Assembly: GCF_001194135.2 (NCBI RefSeq)
Contig: NC_068985.1
Coordinates: 4,164,865-4,215,241, forward strand
DNA: 50,377 nt
Direction of reading: 5' to 3'
From: Octopus bimaculoides
Taxonomy: Eukaryota
Part shown: positions 49,112 to 50,377 of the stretch, piece by piece
Position numbering within the stretch: position 1 is the first letter of the stretch
How the letters are laid out: each line of letters begins with the position of its first letter
The notes under the pieces: generated by a model
Databases searched by the model: none
What the model was told of the DNA's origin: nothing
What the model saw: only the letters and a program-made list of their open reading frames with translations
Position numbers and translations under genes: made by a program

Positions 49112-49862
49112 CCAGAAGAAAGCAAAAGATCACTGTTGGCTACCAGATGTCATCATAGAGTGAGAATGCTCTTGTTACTGGATGTATATAAAAAAAACCT
49201 TAAGTATACGCATAGGCTTATATAAATACTTAAATAATAAAAAATGGAACGAACGGCATTGTTCATTTAAAATCTTTACAATTGTTTCGACACATTTTTA
49301 TACTTATAGTATATCGGTGAGATGTTGTGTAATCATTATCATCCCCCGAATGTGTAAAATGCACCTCCTCAGGTGTCTGTTTAAATAAGTCCTTCTTTAG
49401 ATCCTACTGTCTTTTTTTTTACTCATTCTCACACTGTGTGCATTTTCAGTGGGGTCTAACGAAGAACTTATTTAAACAATCACCCGGGGATTTGTTTCAA
49501 TAACTTCCTATACCCACATTATTTCTTATATATATTATTGTATATGGCGCTACAGTATCGTAAATTTAGAACAGAACATAAATTAACCATTAACACCTTT
49601 GTATAACTTGGGTCACCCTGTGCACGAGTATATATACAGAAAATATCTTTGTTAGAAATAGAACAGCAGCAATGATTACAAACAGAAATTGACGCAGTTC
49701 AGCACGGTGTAAATATTTTGATAAAAATATTATGACTGCAGCGTGAATTCAATTATTTCATTTCTTTCAAAGACTTTCCTCTAATATAAAAATAAACAAT
49801 CACTCCACCAGTCCAGTTTAAACTGAATTTCTTTTTTGTTTCAGACACTCAAGCCAATAGTA

Positions 49863-49910
<48 letters not shown>

Positions 49911-50096
49911 CAGTAGAGCAGGAGGAGTGAACATTGGGAAAGGCGTGAGGTATTATTTGGAGACCAATGGTGAATTTTTTTACTTGGCGATATGACTGTT
50001 TAATATTTCGTTTTGTAGCAGAGTCAAGAAACGTTTTTTTCAGCCATTTTAATAGAGATTCGATTTTCTATAATGATCTTTTACCTTCTACTTGTT

Positions 50097-50172
50097 CACT
50101 TCTTTCAGTCATTAGACTGCAGCCATGCTGGGGCAACACCTTGCAGAATTTTTAGTCGAATGAATCGCCCCG
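50097..50172 (-). mobile_element. SINE family B 3' tail
   Basis: TTTCAGTCATTAGACTGCAGCCATGCTGGGGCA..TTTAGTCGAA. Confidence 0.75.
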
Positions 50173-50176
50173 ACTC

Positions 50177-50272
50177 CTTGAAAATGAGCCTCGTCCAGGA
50201 ATATCTGTAGAGCTCGACAAGGACGTCCTGCAAACCCTGATGGAACAAAATTCCTTCATAACTGTTGAGAAA
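50177..50272 (+). mobile_element. Mariner transposase N-terminal (HTH region) fragment
   Basis: LENEPRPGISVELDKDVLQTLMEQNSFITVEK resembles the mariner LEDxPRSGRP..LD.D.L..LVEQNP..TV motif. Confidence 0.7.
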
Positions 50273-50273
50273 G

Positions 50274-50360
50274 TCCTGGAGTCGATTTGTTCGACTAAAA
50301 GCGGCGCTCCAGCATGGCCACAGTGCAATTACTTAAACAAGTAAAAGAATAAAAGAATAT
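50274..50360 (+). mobile_element. SINE family B 3' tail
   Basis: TCCTGGAGTCGATTTGTTCGACTAAAAGCGGCGCTCCAGCATGGCC..AAGTAAAAGAATAAAAGAAT. Confidence 0.88.
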
Positions 50361-50377
50361 ATATATATATATATATA

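Noticed and set aside
49845-49930. Acceptor TTTTGTTTCAG followed by TQANSNSN(n)KTVEQEE*
   Set aside because: The frame is mostly (AAT)n, with no independent support.

Overview
This is AT-rich animal genomic DNA from a gappy short-read assembly, with about 5.8 kb of N in 18 runs, most of them next to microsatellites or other repeats. The repeat families and extreme (CA/TA/TAA/TAGA)n density look like an octopus (coleoid cephalopod) genome; this is my recognition, not a database match. I cannot support any intact host protein-coding gene, rRNA, true tRNA or CRISPR array, and almost all long ORFs in the track are microsatellite or N-gap artefacts. The window is a mobile-element mosaic: many tRNA-derived SINE copies, at least five fragments of RT/restriction-like-endonuclease LINEs of the R4/Dong type (most abutting (TAA)n tracts), Tc1/mariner and hAT-type MITEs, a 19-bp minisatellite and several long palindromes. 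The most interesting signal is RNA-structural. Three unrelated Penelope-type repeat families carry minimal type I hammerhead ribozyme motifs (7 copies in total). One (27064-27465) is a composite of a tRNA-derived Pol III head, a (TAA)n linker and a hammerhead-bearing tail, with an inverted copy of the tail joined to its 5' end. It is a candidate ribozyme-bearing SINE mobilised by Penelope-like elements. All structure and homology calls were made by eye, and the boundaries of degenerate repeats are approximate.
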